DNA of 64,000 nucleotides. Source: an uncultured Clostridia bacterium. GTDB taxonomy: Bacteria > Bacillota > Clostridia > Christensenellales > UBA1242. The notes below the pieces were generated by a model. That model did no database searches. It worked only from the letters and a program-made list of their open reading frames with translations, and was not told the DNA's origin. Positions 37,892 to 48,456 of the stretch are shown piece by piece. Location of the stretch: assembly GCA_944351415.1 (NCBI GenBank), contig CALVPQ010000003.1, positions 977 through 64,976 of the forward strand, read 5' to 3'. A program made the position numbers and the translations under genes. The stretch's first letter is position 1. Each line of letters starts with the position of its first letter.

Positions 37892-39631
37892 TTAATATAA
37901 ATCTGAATATCTATTTGTGTATTCTGTTATATTATAATTTTGACGTATAACATCTAAGTTTGTGCTTTCAAAATATGAATAAATATCATTATAAATTTCA
38001 TCATAAAGCACATCAAAATATGTTTTATCAACAAGAACATTAACACGTGTTGAATATAAAGTGCTAATAGCATTTTCATTTAAACTGAAAGATGATGTGA
38101 CTTCATTAAATAAATTTTCACAAGCACCTGTATAGATTAAAACATGAATACCATATTCAGAGCGAACTAAACCTGATATATCACCAATCTCTGCATGTCC
38201 ATTTTTATAAAGTTTTATTGCAGCTTCATTAAATGATTCTACAAAATTTGAAACAGCATTACCTTCGCTATCAATACCTATAACATAGTTTGCATCTGCA
38301 TTAAACATTCCTGTATCTTCGCCATAAGTATAAATAAAACTGTTTATCGCATCGCCAACATCATTTACACTTTCTTTCTTGGCACTAGCAAGGCTTAAAA
38401 CCATATTATTATAGACATCTTCAACTGTTAAACCATCTGTGTCTTCCACTTCTTCATATACACCTGTTTCTTCATTATAAACCCTTAATACAGGTGTTAT
38501 CTCAGAATATAGTTTATCCAGTTCTTCTTGATATTGAATTTGGTATTTACCACCATCATCAGTTCCCATTTTGGCAATTATATCATTATATTCTTCTTGC
38601 TGCTCTTCAGTAAACATAAATAGAACGTTTGCAACTGTGAAAAATTTTGTATCTTCTCTTCCAGTTTTGAAATAGTAAACATCATTTACATTATCTTGAA
38701 CATTTGCATCATAATTAGAATCACCTTCAAGTTGGTATTGAGTGTATGATTGTCTAACTTTGCTTGCATAAAGGTCAACAATTTGAGATGGTGTTACAGT
38801 AGAACCTTCTAAATTCATATTTGAATAAGAATATTTTTCAAGCAGGTAATTTTCATAGGCAACTTGATAAAGTCTTTCTATCTCTCTTTTAAACACACTT
38901 GTTGCATCAGTTGATAAGTTTTGCCCATACTCTGAAGCTCTTAAGTCAGAGAAATAGTTTCTATAAGCTCTTTTATAATCATCATTTGAATTTTCAACAT
39001 AATCTATAAAGTTTTCAAGGATTAAAGCCCTATCTTCACTATTATTAAAATCTCTAGGGGTTGTTACAGTGAAATCACCAAGAAGTTCTTCTTCAACATT
39101 TACTCTCTCTATAGCATAAACAATTTCACCTTTTGAGTTTGTGGTTTCAATAACTTTTGCATTTTTTTCATAAGCTTCAAAAGTAATATCATCACCTTCT
39201 TCCTCTTCATCTGCACCAACAATATCATCGTAATATGATTGAAGATTGCTGTCAAGTGATTCTATAACTTGTTCATAAAGATAAGATTTTTCTTTTGTTG
39301 AAAGCCCTGTTCCATCTTGACTTACTCCAAACTCTTTTTCTGCTGTTAAAATTGTTATCTCTCTATTCTCAAGAAGTAAAAGTGTTTCTTTTATTGCTTC
39401 TTCACGAGTGTAATCATAATATTGCTCATAGGTATAGCCATAGCTTTGATAACCTAAAATAAGGTCACTCATTGTGATTTCAGCTCTCTTCCCAGATTCT
39501 TTATCTTCAATGGCTGCAACCACTTGATTATAATATCTGTCATAATTAGTTTCAACTAAAGAACACCCTGCAAGTAGTCCCATGCAAAGCAAACAAAAAC
39601 TCATTAAAATTCCAGTAAATTTCTTTTTCAT
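37892..39631 (-). CDS. PrsA/SurA-like lipoprotein peptidyl-prolyl isomerase
   Basis: It has a lipobox (LLAGC) and a C-terminal parvulin-like segment (GDISGLVRSEYGIHVLIYTG). It lies directly downstream of mfd. Confidence 0.6.
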   Translation of the reverse strand: MKKKFTGILMSFCLLCMGLLAGCSLVETNYDRYYNQVVAAIEDKESGKRAEITMSDLILGYQSYGYTYEQYYDYTREEAIKETLLLLENREITILTAEKEFGVSQDGTGLSTKEKSYLYEQVIESLDSNLQSYYDDIVGADEEEEGDDITFEAYEKNAKVIETTNSKGEIVYAIERVNVEEELLGDFTVTTPRDFNNSEDRALILENFIDYVENSNDDYKRAYRNYFSDLRASEYGQNLSTDATSVFKREIERLYQVAYENYLLEKYSYSNMNLEGSTVTPSQIVDLYASKVRQSYTQYQLEGDSNYDANVQDNVNDVYYFKTGREDTKFFTVANVLFMFTEEQQEEYNDIIAKMGTDDGGKYQIQYQEELDKLYSEITPVLRVYNEETGVYEEVEDTDGLTVEDVYNNMVLSLASAKKESVNDVGDAINSFIYTYGEDTGMFNADANYVIGIDSEGNAVSNFVESFNEAAIKLYKNGHAEIGDISGLVRSEYGIHVLIYTGACENLFNEVTSSFSLNENAISTLYSTRVNVLVDKTYFDVLYDEIYNDIYSYFESTNLDVIRQNYNITEYTNRYSDLY

Positions 39632-39713
39632 GTTCTCTCCATACTCATTATAGATAATAATAACATATTACATCAAAAAAATTCAAGCAAATTAAAAGAT
39701 TTTACAAAATTTT

Positions 39714-42700
39714 CTAATTTGATTTATTTTTTAAGGCGCTTTCAAAGAAATCTATCATCTTTTTAACCATTGAAAGCACATTTCCGCTTACTTCAAATTT
39801 AAGTTTGACAAAATTATCAAAAGTCAACTTGCCTTTATATTCACCAAGAACACTTGCAAGTCTTTCATCAATTATTTCCTGTTTTTTATCTAAAAATACC
39901 ACATTTTCATACTTATTTATTCTTATTTTTTGAACACTAAATTCACTTGCGAGATTACGCATAAGAGCAAGATAGCAAAGGTTTTTCACTTCTTCTGGAA
40001 CTTCACCATAACCATCTTCTAGGCTCTGCAAAATATTTTCAAGTTCTGTTTTTGTATTAAGTTCGCTTATTTGTGTGTAGTAAGCAATACGTTGTTCATC
40101 TTCTTCAATATAGTTTTCATTAATAAATGCACTTAGACTGACTTCAAGTTTAACATCACTACGTTTTATCACCTTTTCACCTTTGATGTCGCGAACTTCT
40201 TCATCTAGCAGTTTAACAAACATGTCATAACCGACTTTTGCAATATGCCCATGTTGTTCTTTTCCAAATATATTTCCAGCTCCGCGAAGTTCTAGGTCTT
40301 TCATGGCTATTTTAAAGCCACTTCCGAGTTGACTAAACTCCTTTATAGCATCAAGACGTTTATATGCCTCATCAGTTAAATGCTTATCTTTAACAAAGGT
40401 AAGATATGCATAACTTAGTTTATCGCTTCTTCCTATTCTTCCCCTAAGTTGATATAGTTGACTTAATCCAAGTTTGTCAGCTTCAATAACAACCATTGTG
40501 TTTGCGAGCGGAAGATTTATTCCATTTTCTATTAGAGTTGTTGAAACCAAAATATTATATACACCATTATATAGTCTGTCTATAACATTCTCTAAAAGTT
40601 TTTCATTCATCTGCCCATGTGCAACCCCTACACTTGCATCTGGCAAAAGCTTTCTTATATGACTTGCAAACTCTTCAATAGATTCCACTCTATTATAGAT
40701 AACAAAAGCTTGTCCACCCCTTGCAATTTCACGACTTAAAACATCTTTAATAAGCTGGTCATTTTCTTCGGATACATAAGTTTGTATTGGAAGGCGGTCT
40801 TGTGGCGGTGTTTCTATAACAGAAATATCTCTTATTCCTGAAAGCGACATATTTAAAGTTCTTGGAATAGGAGTTGCTGAAAGTGTTAAGACATCAACAT
40901 TTCTATGTTTATCTTTTATTTTCTCCTTATGCTCCACTCCAAAACGTTGTTCTTCGTCTAGAACTAATAGTCCCAAATCATGGTATTCAACTTTGTCGTT
41001 TAATAGCTTATGTGTGCCTATAAGCACATCTATTTCTCCAGCTTTGCAACGTCTTATAATTTCATCTACCTGTTTTTGAGTTTTAAATCTATTTATAACT
41101 TCAACTCTCACACCAAATGGTTCCAGTCTTTCCTTAGCTGTCATGTAATGTTGTTGGGATAGAATTGTGGTTGGACAAAGAAAACTTACCTGTTTCCCAT
41201 TATATACACATTTAAAACAAGCACGAAGTGCCACTTCGGTTTTGCCAAACCCAACATCACCACAAATAAGCCTATCCATAACCTTATCGCTTTCCATATC
41301 TTTATCTATGTCATTTATCGCCTTAAGTTGGTCTGGAGTTTCTGGATAGCCAAAGGCATCGGCAAACTTTTTCTCTAAAAATTCATCTCGTCTAAATCTA
41401 AAGCCCTTAAGCAGAGAACGTTCTTTATATATATCTACAAGGCTTATTGCCATTTCTTTTATGCTTTGACGAACTCTTTCTTTAAGTCTTGTAAACTCGC
41501 CGCCACCTAGTGATGAAAGTTTTGGAGTTTGCTCGCTTCCAATATAAGCTGAGATTGTGTTTGCTTCTTCACTTGGAAGGTATAAAATATCTCCATTTTT
41601 ATATTCTATAACAAAATAATCTTTTTCAACATCTGAAATTTTTAATCTTTCAATTTTTATACACTTGCCTATACCATGAAAATTATGAACAACATAGTCG
41701 CCAAGTTTTGGGAGATAAAAAACCGAATGTCGGCTTTTTGAAAAAGAAGTGTTTGACGTTCTAAACAAACTATCACAACCAATACCTACCACACCCTCTC
41801 TTAAAAAAGAAAAAGAGAATGGCATTGGAAGTGAAGAAATGTATATTTCTCCTTTTTCTATTTTTTGTTCTTCATTATAAATATGATAGGATAACCCATT
41901 TTCAGTTAAGAAATCAGCAAGATTTTTTGTAAAACGTTCTTGCCCTGTGAAAAGAATTGTTCCTTGATTTAAGTTCTTAAAATCTAACAAATCCTGTTTA
42001 AGTGCAAGAAAATCTGTAAGATAACTTCTCTCTGCTATCTTTTCATTATAATAATCAGGCTTTGAAGTCATAAAGTTGTCAAAGATTAAATCAGCCTTTT
42101 TGTATAGATTATCAAACTCCTCATAATGCTTATAGTTATAAAAGGACATTGTTTGATAACTTTGTTTTAAAAGCATTATCTCTTCATCTATTTTTTTTGG
42201 TTCGTCAAGAATCTTTATACCATCTAAGTCAAAAATATTATTTTCGCCAAGTGGCATTTTGGCAAGTTCTATTTCAATCTTTTCAAGTTTTGATAAGTTT
42301 TTCATTGTGTTTTGGTCGAAGATACTTATATTTTCAACCAAATCATCAAAAAATTCAACACGATATGGATTTTCACTAGATGAAGAAAATATATCAAGTA
42401 TGTCACCACGAATAGCAAATTCGCCTGGCTGAGAAACCAAACTTGTGCGCCCGTATCCATAACTGACAAGTTTTGAAATTATTTCATTAAGGTTATAAGT
42501 TGAATTTTTTTCTATCTTTATTGGGGTGAATTTAGATAAATCAAACTTCACAATCATTGAACATGGCAAAAGTATAAGTGCATCTATTTTCCCTGAAATA
42601 TATCTATTTATGCTATCTACAAAGGGAAGAAGATTTTTATCATTCTCATCTTCACTTTCTCTTGCATTTGAAATTATCTCAACCCTTTTACCAAAGGCTT

Positions 42701-42857
42701 CAAGCCCCCTTTTAAGTCTTCCTGCACTGACAAAATTATTACACAAAAAAATTAGGTGAGTAAATTCCATTGTTAACATTATTTTCTCACCTTCGCCTAC
42801 CCCTGAAATAATTCTATTTTTTAGAATATTTGACAAATCCTTTTCTAAGTAACTCAT
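39714..42857 (-). CDS. mfd: Transcription-repair coupling factor
   Basis: It has a CarD/RNAP-interaction domain (GDYVVHNFHGIGK), helicase motifs (GDVGFGKTEVA, LLVLDEEQRFG) and a TRG region. The stop of pth lies 4 nt upstream. Confidence 0.92.
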   Translation of the reverse strand: MSYLEKDLSNILKNRIISGVGEGEKIMLTMEFTHLIFLCNNFVSAGRLKRGLEAFGKRVEIISNARESEDENDKNLLPFVDSINRYISGKIDALILLPCSMIVKFDLSKFTPIKIEKNSTYNLNEIISKLVSYGYGRTSLVSQPGEFAIRGDILDIFSSSSENPYRVEFFDDLVENISIFDQNTMKNLSKLEKIEIELAKMPLGENNIFDLDGIKILDEPKKIDEEIMLLKQSYQTMSFYNYKHYEEFDNLYKKADLIFDNFMTSKPDYYNEKIAERSYLTDFLALKQDLLDFKNLNQGTILFTGQERFTKNLADFLTENGLSYHIYNEEQKIEKGEIYISSLPMPFSFSFLREGVVGIGCDSLFRTSNTSFSKSRHSVFYLPKLGDYVVHNFHGIGKCIKIERLKISDVEKDYFVIEYKNGDILYLPSEEANTISAYIGSEQTPKLSSLGGGEFTRLKERVRQSIKEMAISLVDIYKERSLLKGFRFRRDEFLEKKFADAFGYPETPDQLKAINDIDKDMESDKVMDRLICGDVGFGKTEVALRACFKCVYNGKQVSFLCPTTILSQQHYMTAKERLEPFGVRVEVINRFKTQKQVDEIIRRCKAGEIDVLIGTHKLLNDKVEYHDLGLLVLDEEQRFGVEHKEKIKDKHRNVDVLTLSATPIPRTLNMSLSGIRDISVIETPPQDRLPIQTYVSEENDQLIKDVLSREIARGGQAFVIYNRVESIEEFASHIRKLLPDASVGVAHGQMNEKLLENVIDRLYNGVYNILVSTTLIENGINLPLANTMVVIEADKLGLSQLYQLRGRIGRSDKLSYAYLTFVKDKHLTDEAYKRLDAIKEFSQLGSGFKIAMKDLELRGAGNIFGKEQHGHIAKVGYDMFVKLLDEEVRDIKGEKVIKRSDVKLEVSLSAFINENYIEEDEQRIAYYTQISELNTKTELENILQSLEDGYGEVPEEVKNLCYLALMRNLASEFSVQKIRINKYENVVFLDKKQEIIDERLASVLGEYKGKLTFDNFVKLKFEVSGNVLSMVKKMIDFFESALKNKSN

Positions 42858-42861
42858 AATT

Positions 42862-43374
42862 TTATTTTATTTTTTCAAGAATTAATTCGCCTGCTTCAGC
42901 TACAGCCTTTTCAAAAAGCTCTTTATCTTCTATTTTTATATTTGAAAGAACATAATCTGCAAGGTTCATTTTCTCATCTCTTCCAATACCAATCCTAACT
43001 CTTTCAAAATCCTCACCAATATATTCAACAATAGAGCGTAGCCCATTATGTGTGCCGGATTTCCCCCTTTCTCGGTATCTTATCTTGGCTTTTGGTAAAT
43101 CTATATCATCAACAGCCACAATAATTCTTGCATCTTTAAATTTTTTCTTCAATAAAACCGCACTTTCGCCACTATTATTCATATAAGTTGTTGGCTTAAC
43201 AAGCATAATAGAATTGCCATTATAACTGCCCTGACCAATAAGAGCTTTATATTTTTCTTTTTTCATTTCAATATTAAGTTTTTTTGAAATATAGTCAACA
43301 ACCCTGAATCCTAAATTATGAAATGTGTTTTGAAATTGAATACCAATATTTCCAAGTCCAATAATTATAATCAT
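42862..43374 (-). CDS. pth: Peptidyl-tRNA hydrolase
   Basis: The motifs IIGLGNIG..F..T.HN.GF and YMNNSGES are present. The start overlaps the upstream stop (TAATG). Confidence 0.88.
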   Translation of the reverse strand: MIIIIGLGNIGIQFQNTFHNLGFRVVDYISKKLNIEMKKEKYKALIGQGSYNGNSIMLVKPTTYMNNSGESAVLLKKKFKDARIIVAVDDIDLPKAKIRYRERGKSGTHNGLRSIVEYIGEDFERVRIGIGRDEKMNLADYVLSNIKIEDKELFEKAVAEAGELILEKIK

Positions 43375-44228
43375 TATCTTTCTTCTCCTATTATCCGGCT
43401 ATATGGTTCAATTACTTCACCCTGACTGATTTTGCTATTCTCTATATAGCTACTTTTTATGGTAACATTATTTGATATAATGCTATTTTTTATAACATTT
43501 CCACTTTCAAGAACTACGTCGCCTGCGATAATACTTTCACCCATAAGAATATTATTTGGGTAAATTATAACACCACTTTCAATTTCCACATCAGCATCAA
43601 TAAAAACAGTGTTTTGTCCATATATTATCACACCATTTTTTATATGATAATTTAGTATCTTATTATATAAAATACTGCTCATAAGATTTAAAGTTTTACT
43701 GCTATCGGCAACCATCAAACTTTTATCGTCAAGTGCGCTTGCGCCCTGTGCAATTGCAACATTGCTTTTTAGAAAATCAGTTTTAACTATAAAACCACGA
43801 GATAACTTTAAAAAATTCATATTTCGAGATGAAAAATAATTACAAAAGTGATTGAATGATGCCTTATCAAAAAGTGGTGTGTCACTGTAAAACACAGCTA
43901 TAATTTGTTTACTTGTGCTTATTGAACGAACCCGCGCCATTATGTCTTCACAATCTTCAATTACCTTTCTTTCACAGCCCGAACCTGCATTTAGCACCCA
44001 ATCAAGCAAAGTTTTTCCACATAAAAGCAAATCAGGCATATTTTTTACAATTTCATCATGATATGCCCTTACTACAACAAAAAGAACCTCATCTTTTATC
44101 CAATCGGTATTGACTGGTTTTATGAGAGTGTTTGGCAAAACAATACTTTCTTCTTGAGTTAAAAGTGAATCAAAATCCATTGAAATTTGATTTTCAGCAA
44201 CTAACAAATTTATCTCTTCTTTTTCCAT
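43374..44228 (-). CDS. GlmU-like nucleotidyltransferase/hexapeptide-repeat protein, divergent
   Basis: It occupies the position of glmU upstream of pth. It retains LLCGKTLLDWVL, YSDTPL and left-handed beta-helix repeats (GVIIYGQNTVFIDADVEIESGVIIYPNNIL). It lacks the N-terminal LAAGKGTRM-type signature and is only 284 aa. Confidence 0.4.
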   Translation of the reverse strand: MEKEEINLLVAENQISMDFDSLLTQEESIVLPNTLIKPVNTDWIKDEVLFVVVRAYHDEIVKNMPDLLLCGKTLLDWVLNAGSGCERKVIEDCEDIMARVRSISTSKQIIAVFYSDTPLFDKASFNHFCNYFSSRNMNFLKLSRGFIVKTDFLKSNVAIAQGASALDDKSLMVADSSKTLNLMSSILYNKILNYHIKNGVIIYGQNTVFIDADVEIESGVIIYPNNILMGESIIAGDVVLESGNVIKNSIISNNVTIKSSYIENSKISQGEVIEPYSRIIGEER

Positions 44229-44390
44229 ATAGAAAGTATATATTTTTTATATAAATTTGTCAACAATAAAAAGTAAGCAAAGAAAAATTATATTAAAAAA
44301 TATTAAATTAAATAAAAAATATTTAATTTTATTTTTTAAATAAAAAATTATGTGCTATCATTTTAGTATAAAAATATTAAGGAGTAAAAT

Positions 44391-45476
44391 ATGCAAAAAA
44401 CAAAAAAGATAAATTTTATCTTAATAGCGCTTGCGATGATTTGTCTTCTTTGCCTTGGTTTTTCTTTTAATTTTAACATGAAAGCACAAACAAGTGAAAA
44501 CTGCTTTGATGACGAAAACACACAACAAGAGTTATCTGTCTCCACCCTTGCTGGAAATTTTAATATTAGAGCAATTTCAAGAGATAATGAAAATATTGCA
44601 TTAGATTCTGAACCATATAGCGGTGGAACTGCTTATAAAGTTGATTGGTCTGAACTTCAAAGTTTTTCAATTTCTTTTGAACTTGATTTAGATGCCGGTG
44701 AGCTTCCAGCAACTGACCCTGAAAATCCTGTTTATACACTTTCATTAAGTGTAAATTATCTTCAAGGATATATTTCAAGCGGCAACTTTGCTGTTGGTGA
44801 TAGAATATCGTTAGAAAACGTTGACGGAACAGAAAGCCCTGATTTGGCGACTCTTTCAGAATTTACTTATACCATGGATATTGATGAAGGTGTTAGCGAT
44901 GATAATGCCAGTGCAAGTGGTTGGGGTATTTATCAATTTGTTATTGACATAAACGGGCTTGAAGCTTATTCTGATTACTATGCAGTAGAACCAACCTATT
45001 CAATTGCTGCTGCCCCAGAAATTGATTATGATGTTGTTTCAAGTGACAACTCTATGCACGACTCTTTTCAATTTTATCTTGTAAATTTTGACGATTATGA
45101 ATATATTGACCCTAACTGTTTAACATGGTATGTGAAAGGAACAACTGAAGATGGAACAACTTATGCCCTTTGCACCTCTGACCTTGCACTAGCTAACTTT
45201 TCTGATTGCACCGCAGCACTTTATGACACATACGATAGAACCGGACAAACCTTCTTCTTTAATGATGCTGAGCATACTGGAGAATGGCAAGTTTGGTGTG
45301 AATATCGTTATAATAACTCAACTTATTCAAGACCAAGCAATACTGAAATAGTTGAAACAGGTTCTTCTTTTGACTATTTCATGGTTGTTTATATAGTTAT
45401 TGCTCTTGGCGTGCTTGCAGTTATTATAATTATCGTAACATCAGTTGTTAAAAATAAGAAAGAAAAAGTTTGGTAA
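44391..45476 (+). CDS. Secreted, C-terminally anchored surface protein of unknown function
   Basis: It has a signal peptide and a C-terminal TM segment plus basic tail (VVYIVIALGVLAVIIIIVTSVVKNKKEK). The SD is AAGGAG. Confidence 0.5.
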   Translation: MQKTKKINFILIALAMICLLCLGFSFNFNMKAQTSENCFDDENTQQELSVSTLAGNFNIRAISRDNENIALDSEPYSGGTAYKVDWSELQSFSISFELDLDAGELPATDPENPVYTLSLSVNYLQGYISSGNFAVGDRISLENVDGTESPDLATLSEFTYTMDIDEGVSDDNASASGWGIYQFVIDINGLEAYSDYYAVEPTYSIAAAPEIDYDVVSSDNSMHDSFQFYLVNFDDYEYIDPNCLTWYVKGTTEDGTTYALCTSDLALANFSDCTAALYDTYDRTGQTFFFNDAEHTGEWQVWCEYRYNNSTYSRPSNTEIVETGSSFDYFMVVYIVIALGVLAVIIIIVTSVVKNKKEKVW

Positions 45477-45601
45477 AAAAACATTAAGTTTGATAATTTT
45501 AGTAAGTTTTTACACATAATAAATTTTTTGCTATCTTCTTATGTTAAAAATCCTTATGAAAAAAGTTTGAAATATAGATAAACCAAAGCGAAGAAAAAAT
45601 T

Positions 45602-45689
45602 GCACTTGAATATGGCATGCAAAGCATGACATAGCAAACTTTATAAGTTTGCCGTTTGCTTAAAAGTTTTTAAGCAAACATTCAAGTGC
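45602..45689. other. 88-nt four-way-junction hairpin element between convergent genes (candidate complex bidirectional terminator or structured RNA)
   Basis: A 10-bp outer stem GCACTTGAAT / ATTCAAGTGC encloses three hairpins: 45612-45632 (8 bp plus 1 mismatch), 45634-45652 (8 bp) and 45654-45679 (11 bp). An A-run lies upstream and T6 downstream. Confidence 0.6.
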
Positions 45690-45713
45690 TTTTTTAATAA
45701 CTTATATAATCAG

Positions 45714-46109
45714 TTATAAAACGTTATGAAGGTTAGCCCCCATAAAATGTAAGTAACTATGGCAGTAGAATTTAATTTCTTCTAGTGACACACGAAAGGC
45801 ATCAATATCATTGCTGGCTATATAAAGTTTAAGTTTTGCTATTTCTTGTCCTATTTCTTGAATATTTTTATGATTAACAAGAAAACACATAGCAGTTTCA
45901 TCTTTCTTCCAAGAATATTCAAGATTGTCAATTTGCAAAGTTATTTCCATATTCAACAAGTCATTTCTATCGGCAAGCAACATTTCAATTTCATAACATC
46001 TTGTTTGAACCTGTTTAAGAGAACTTGAAACAATAACTTCTTCAATTACACAAATTGCTATCAACAAAATCACTATAATAACAAAATTTACATAATGAAA
46101 AAATTTCAT
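45714..46109 (-). CDS. DUF4363-family protein
   Basis: It has an N-terminal TM segment and is a small helical protein. It overlaps by 4 nt the end of the DUF421 gene upstream of it, and DUF421-DUF4363 is a common pairing. Confidence 0.5.
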   Translation of the reverse strand: MKFFHYVNFVIIVILLIAICVIEEVIVSSSLKQVQTRCYEIEMLLADRNDLLNMEITLQIDNLEYSWKKDETAMCFLVNHKNIQEIGQEIAKLKLYIASNDIDAFRVSLEEIKFYCHSYLHFMGANLHNVL

Positions 46110-46828
46110 TTACTCACCAACCTTTTGGATTGAAATGAAAGCCCTTCACCCTGTTTCATCTGTAAATATGCTTGCCCTGTTTTATTTATAGTTAAAAGCA
46201 AAACATCTTTTATACTGCAATTTTTTGAATTACTATTTTCTTTGACTAAATCGGAAATTTCTTTTTGGCTTACTCCTGCAAGTGCAATATTCTCTTTTAT
46301 AATTTTCCCATCACTAACAAGCACAATAGGTAAATAATTATCCGCCACCTTATTATTTAAGTCTTGGTTTGTTACAGGTGCAGCTGCTGACTTGGGCATA
46401 ACACTTACCTTGCCGTTTGTTTCCATAATTGCATATTGCACATCTGAAATACTGAAATATCCAGCTCCTCTAAGTGCTTCAAAAATATCATCTGTAGAAA
46501 GATTAAGTTTCTTCATTGCTTGATAATCTATACCTTTAGGATTGACTATAATAACAGGCTTACCACTTATAATTTTACTGAAATGTTGACTACATCTGCA
46601 AATTAAAGTTAAAATAAAATGTAATACCACCAAGCTCAAAAGTGGAACAACTCCATGAAGAACAGGCACAGATACTTCTGCCATAGGTATTGTTGCAAGG
46701 TCTGCAATTATTAAAGTAAGGACAAGCTCGAAAGGTTGCATCTGCCCTAACTGCCTTTTGCCCATAAGCCTAAACACCAAGAGAACTATTAAGTATATAA
46801 TAACTGACCTTATAATAATTGTAAGCAT
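46106..46828 (-). CDS. DUF421 (YetF/YdfS-like) membrane protein
   Basis: The N-terminus IIRSVIIYLIVLLVFRLMGKRQLGQMQPFELVLTLIIADLA is characteristic of DUF421. Confidence 0.7.
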   Translation of the reverse strand: MLTIIIRSVIIYLIVLLVFRLMGKRQLGQMQPFELVLTLIIADLATIPMAEVSVPVLHGVVPLLSLVVLHFILTLICRCSQHFSKIISGKPVIIVNPKGIDYQAMKKLNLSTDDIFEALRGAGYFSISDVQYAIMETNGKVSVMPKSAAAPVTNQDLNNKVADNYLPIVLVSDGKIIKENIALAGVSQKEISDLVKENSNSKNCSIKDVLLLTINKTGQAYLQMKQGEGLSFQSKRLVSK

Positions 46829-46849
46829 AATTTATTGTGTGCAATTTAT

Positions 46850-48397
46850 TTATTTTATACCACTTTGACTGCTAATTTTATTTTTATTAGGTTTAATTTT
46901 TTGCTTTGCAAAAACAAGTATACCTTTTATATCTATAAGATTAAACACAGCACCTAACAATAAAAATGACAAAACACTTGTCAGTCCACCAATTATTATA
47001 GTTATAAAAAGTGGAAAAATATAACCACAAAGACTTGTAATAAAAGCCGTAAGTGATGCCGATGGCAAAATAATTAATGCAAATTTGATAAGTTTAGGTA
47101 TTATTTTAAATGTTAGTTTTGTCTTTTTTTTCAAAAGCATGATATTTAAACTTGCAGTTATAGTGAAGTCTATTCCCATTGACCAAATAATAGAGTTAAC
47201 TCCAACTAATCCTGGCAAAATCCAGAGAGATGCAAACATTACCACAGCACCAATTAAGAAATTGATAAATGAGCGATTTTCATAACCTAAAGAATTTAGT
47301 AGTGCTGAAGATATATTTGTTAGTCCCAAAGGTATAAGCACAAATGCTGCAGATTGAAGCAGGGTTCCACTTAAAATATTATCGTATAGAAATAAGCCTG
47401 TGATTTCACCCATGCCTAAAAAAATAGGAACAAAGAGAGAGGAAATTGTTAAGGCAAATTGTAAAGAATTTGATATTCTTTTTTCTATATGTTGCTGGTC
47501 ATTTTGAGCAACAGCTTTTGAAATATCTGGCACAAGAGCCGTTGATAGCGAGCCTATTATAGTTGTGGGCATATATAAAAGTGGAATAGTCATGCCCACT
47601 GCAATTCCGTATAAACTTAATGCTTGTTCGCTGGTATACCCAATCGACATAAGTCTTGCCGGCACAAGCAAAGCAATAAGCGGTTGAATAAAAGAACTTG
47701 CAACACGCATTATAGTTATGGGCGTTGACTGTTTTATGAGTGGCTTTAGATACCCCTTACTCACTTTTTTTAATGTTCCACCATAATAAAAATATAAAAG
47801 CATGGCAAAAAACATTGAAAGCAGACAGGCAATAGACATTGACAAACCAAGACCAAGTGCATTTTCAATTGCGGAGAGTGAAGAACTTATTAGCAAAACA
47901 CCTATAACTATACGAACAATTTGCTCATAAAATTCGCTTATACATAATGAAAAGTAGTTACCTTTACCCCACAAAGCGCCACGGAAAACACAATAGACAG
48001 AGGAAAAAATTAAGCTTGGCAAGAGCACTAACAATACTTCATAACAACGCTCTTCTGTAAATAGGTTTGTAAAAATTCCTTTAAATAAAATTACTATTAG
48101 GCATAAAACAACTGAAAGTGATAAAGTGTATATAAGAGCTACACTTACAAGTGAACCTTCCCTGCGTCTATCTTTTTTTGCAGAAAAACCTGCATTCATT
48201 CGTGAAATAATTAGAGGTAGTCCACTTGATATAACTGTTAAAAGCACCATAAAGACAGAAGAAGCAACCTGATATAAACCAACACCTTCTGCCCCTACTA
48301 CCCTTGATAAAATAATTCTAAATATAAAACCAGATATACGTGTTAAGATAGAAAATATAGTTATAAGTGCCACCGTTTTAAACAAAGATTTCATCAT
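46850..48397 (-). CDS. MOP-superfamily flippase (SpoVB/MurJ-like polysaccharide biosynthesis protein)
   Basis: It has about 14 TM segments. The N-terminus is ILTRISGFIFRIILSRVVGAEGVGLYQVASSVF...GLPLIISRM. Confidence 0.65.
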   Translation of the reverse strand: MMKSLFKTVALITIFSILTRISGFIFRIILSRVVGAEGVGLYQVASSVFMVLLTVISSGLPLIISRMNAGFSAKKDRRREGSLVSVALIYTLSLSVVLCLIVILFKGIFTNLFTEERCYEVLLVLLPSLIFSSVYCVFRGALWGKGNYFSLCISEFYEQIVRIVIGVLLISSSLSAIENALGLGLSMSIACLLSMFFAMLLYFYYGGTLKKVSKGYLKPLIKQSTPITIMRVASSFIQPLIALLVPARLMSIGYTSEQALSLYGIAVGMTIPLLYMPTTIIGSLSTALVPDISKAVAQNDQQHIEKRISNSLQFALTISSLFVPIFLGMGEITGLFLYDNILSGTLLQSAAFVLIPLGLTNISSALLNSLGYENRSFINFLIGAVVMFASLWILPGLVGVNSIIWSMGIDFTITASLNIMLLKKKTKLTFKIIPKLIKFALIILPSASLTAFITSLCGYIFPLFITIIIGGLTSVLSFLLLGAVFNLIDIKGILVFAKQKIKPNKNKISSQSGIK

Positions 48398-48456
48398 TCT
48401 CTCCTCATATATGTTATTTGAGTAGAATAAAATTTAATACTATAAGGAGAAACTTT

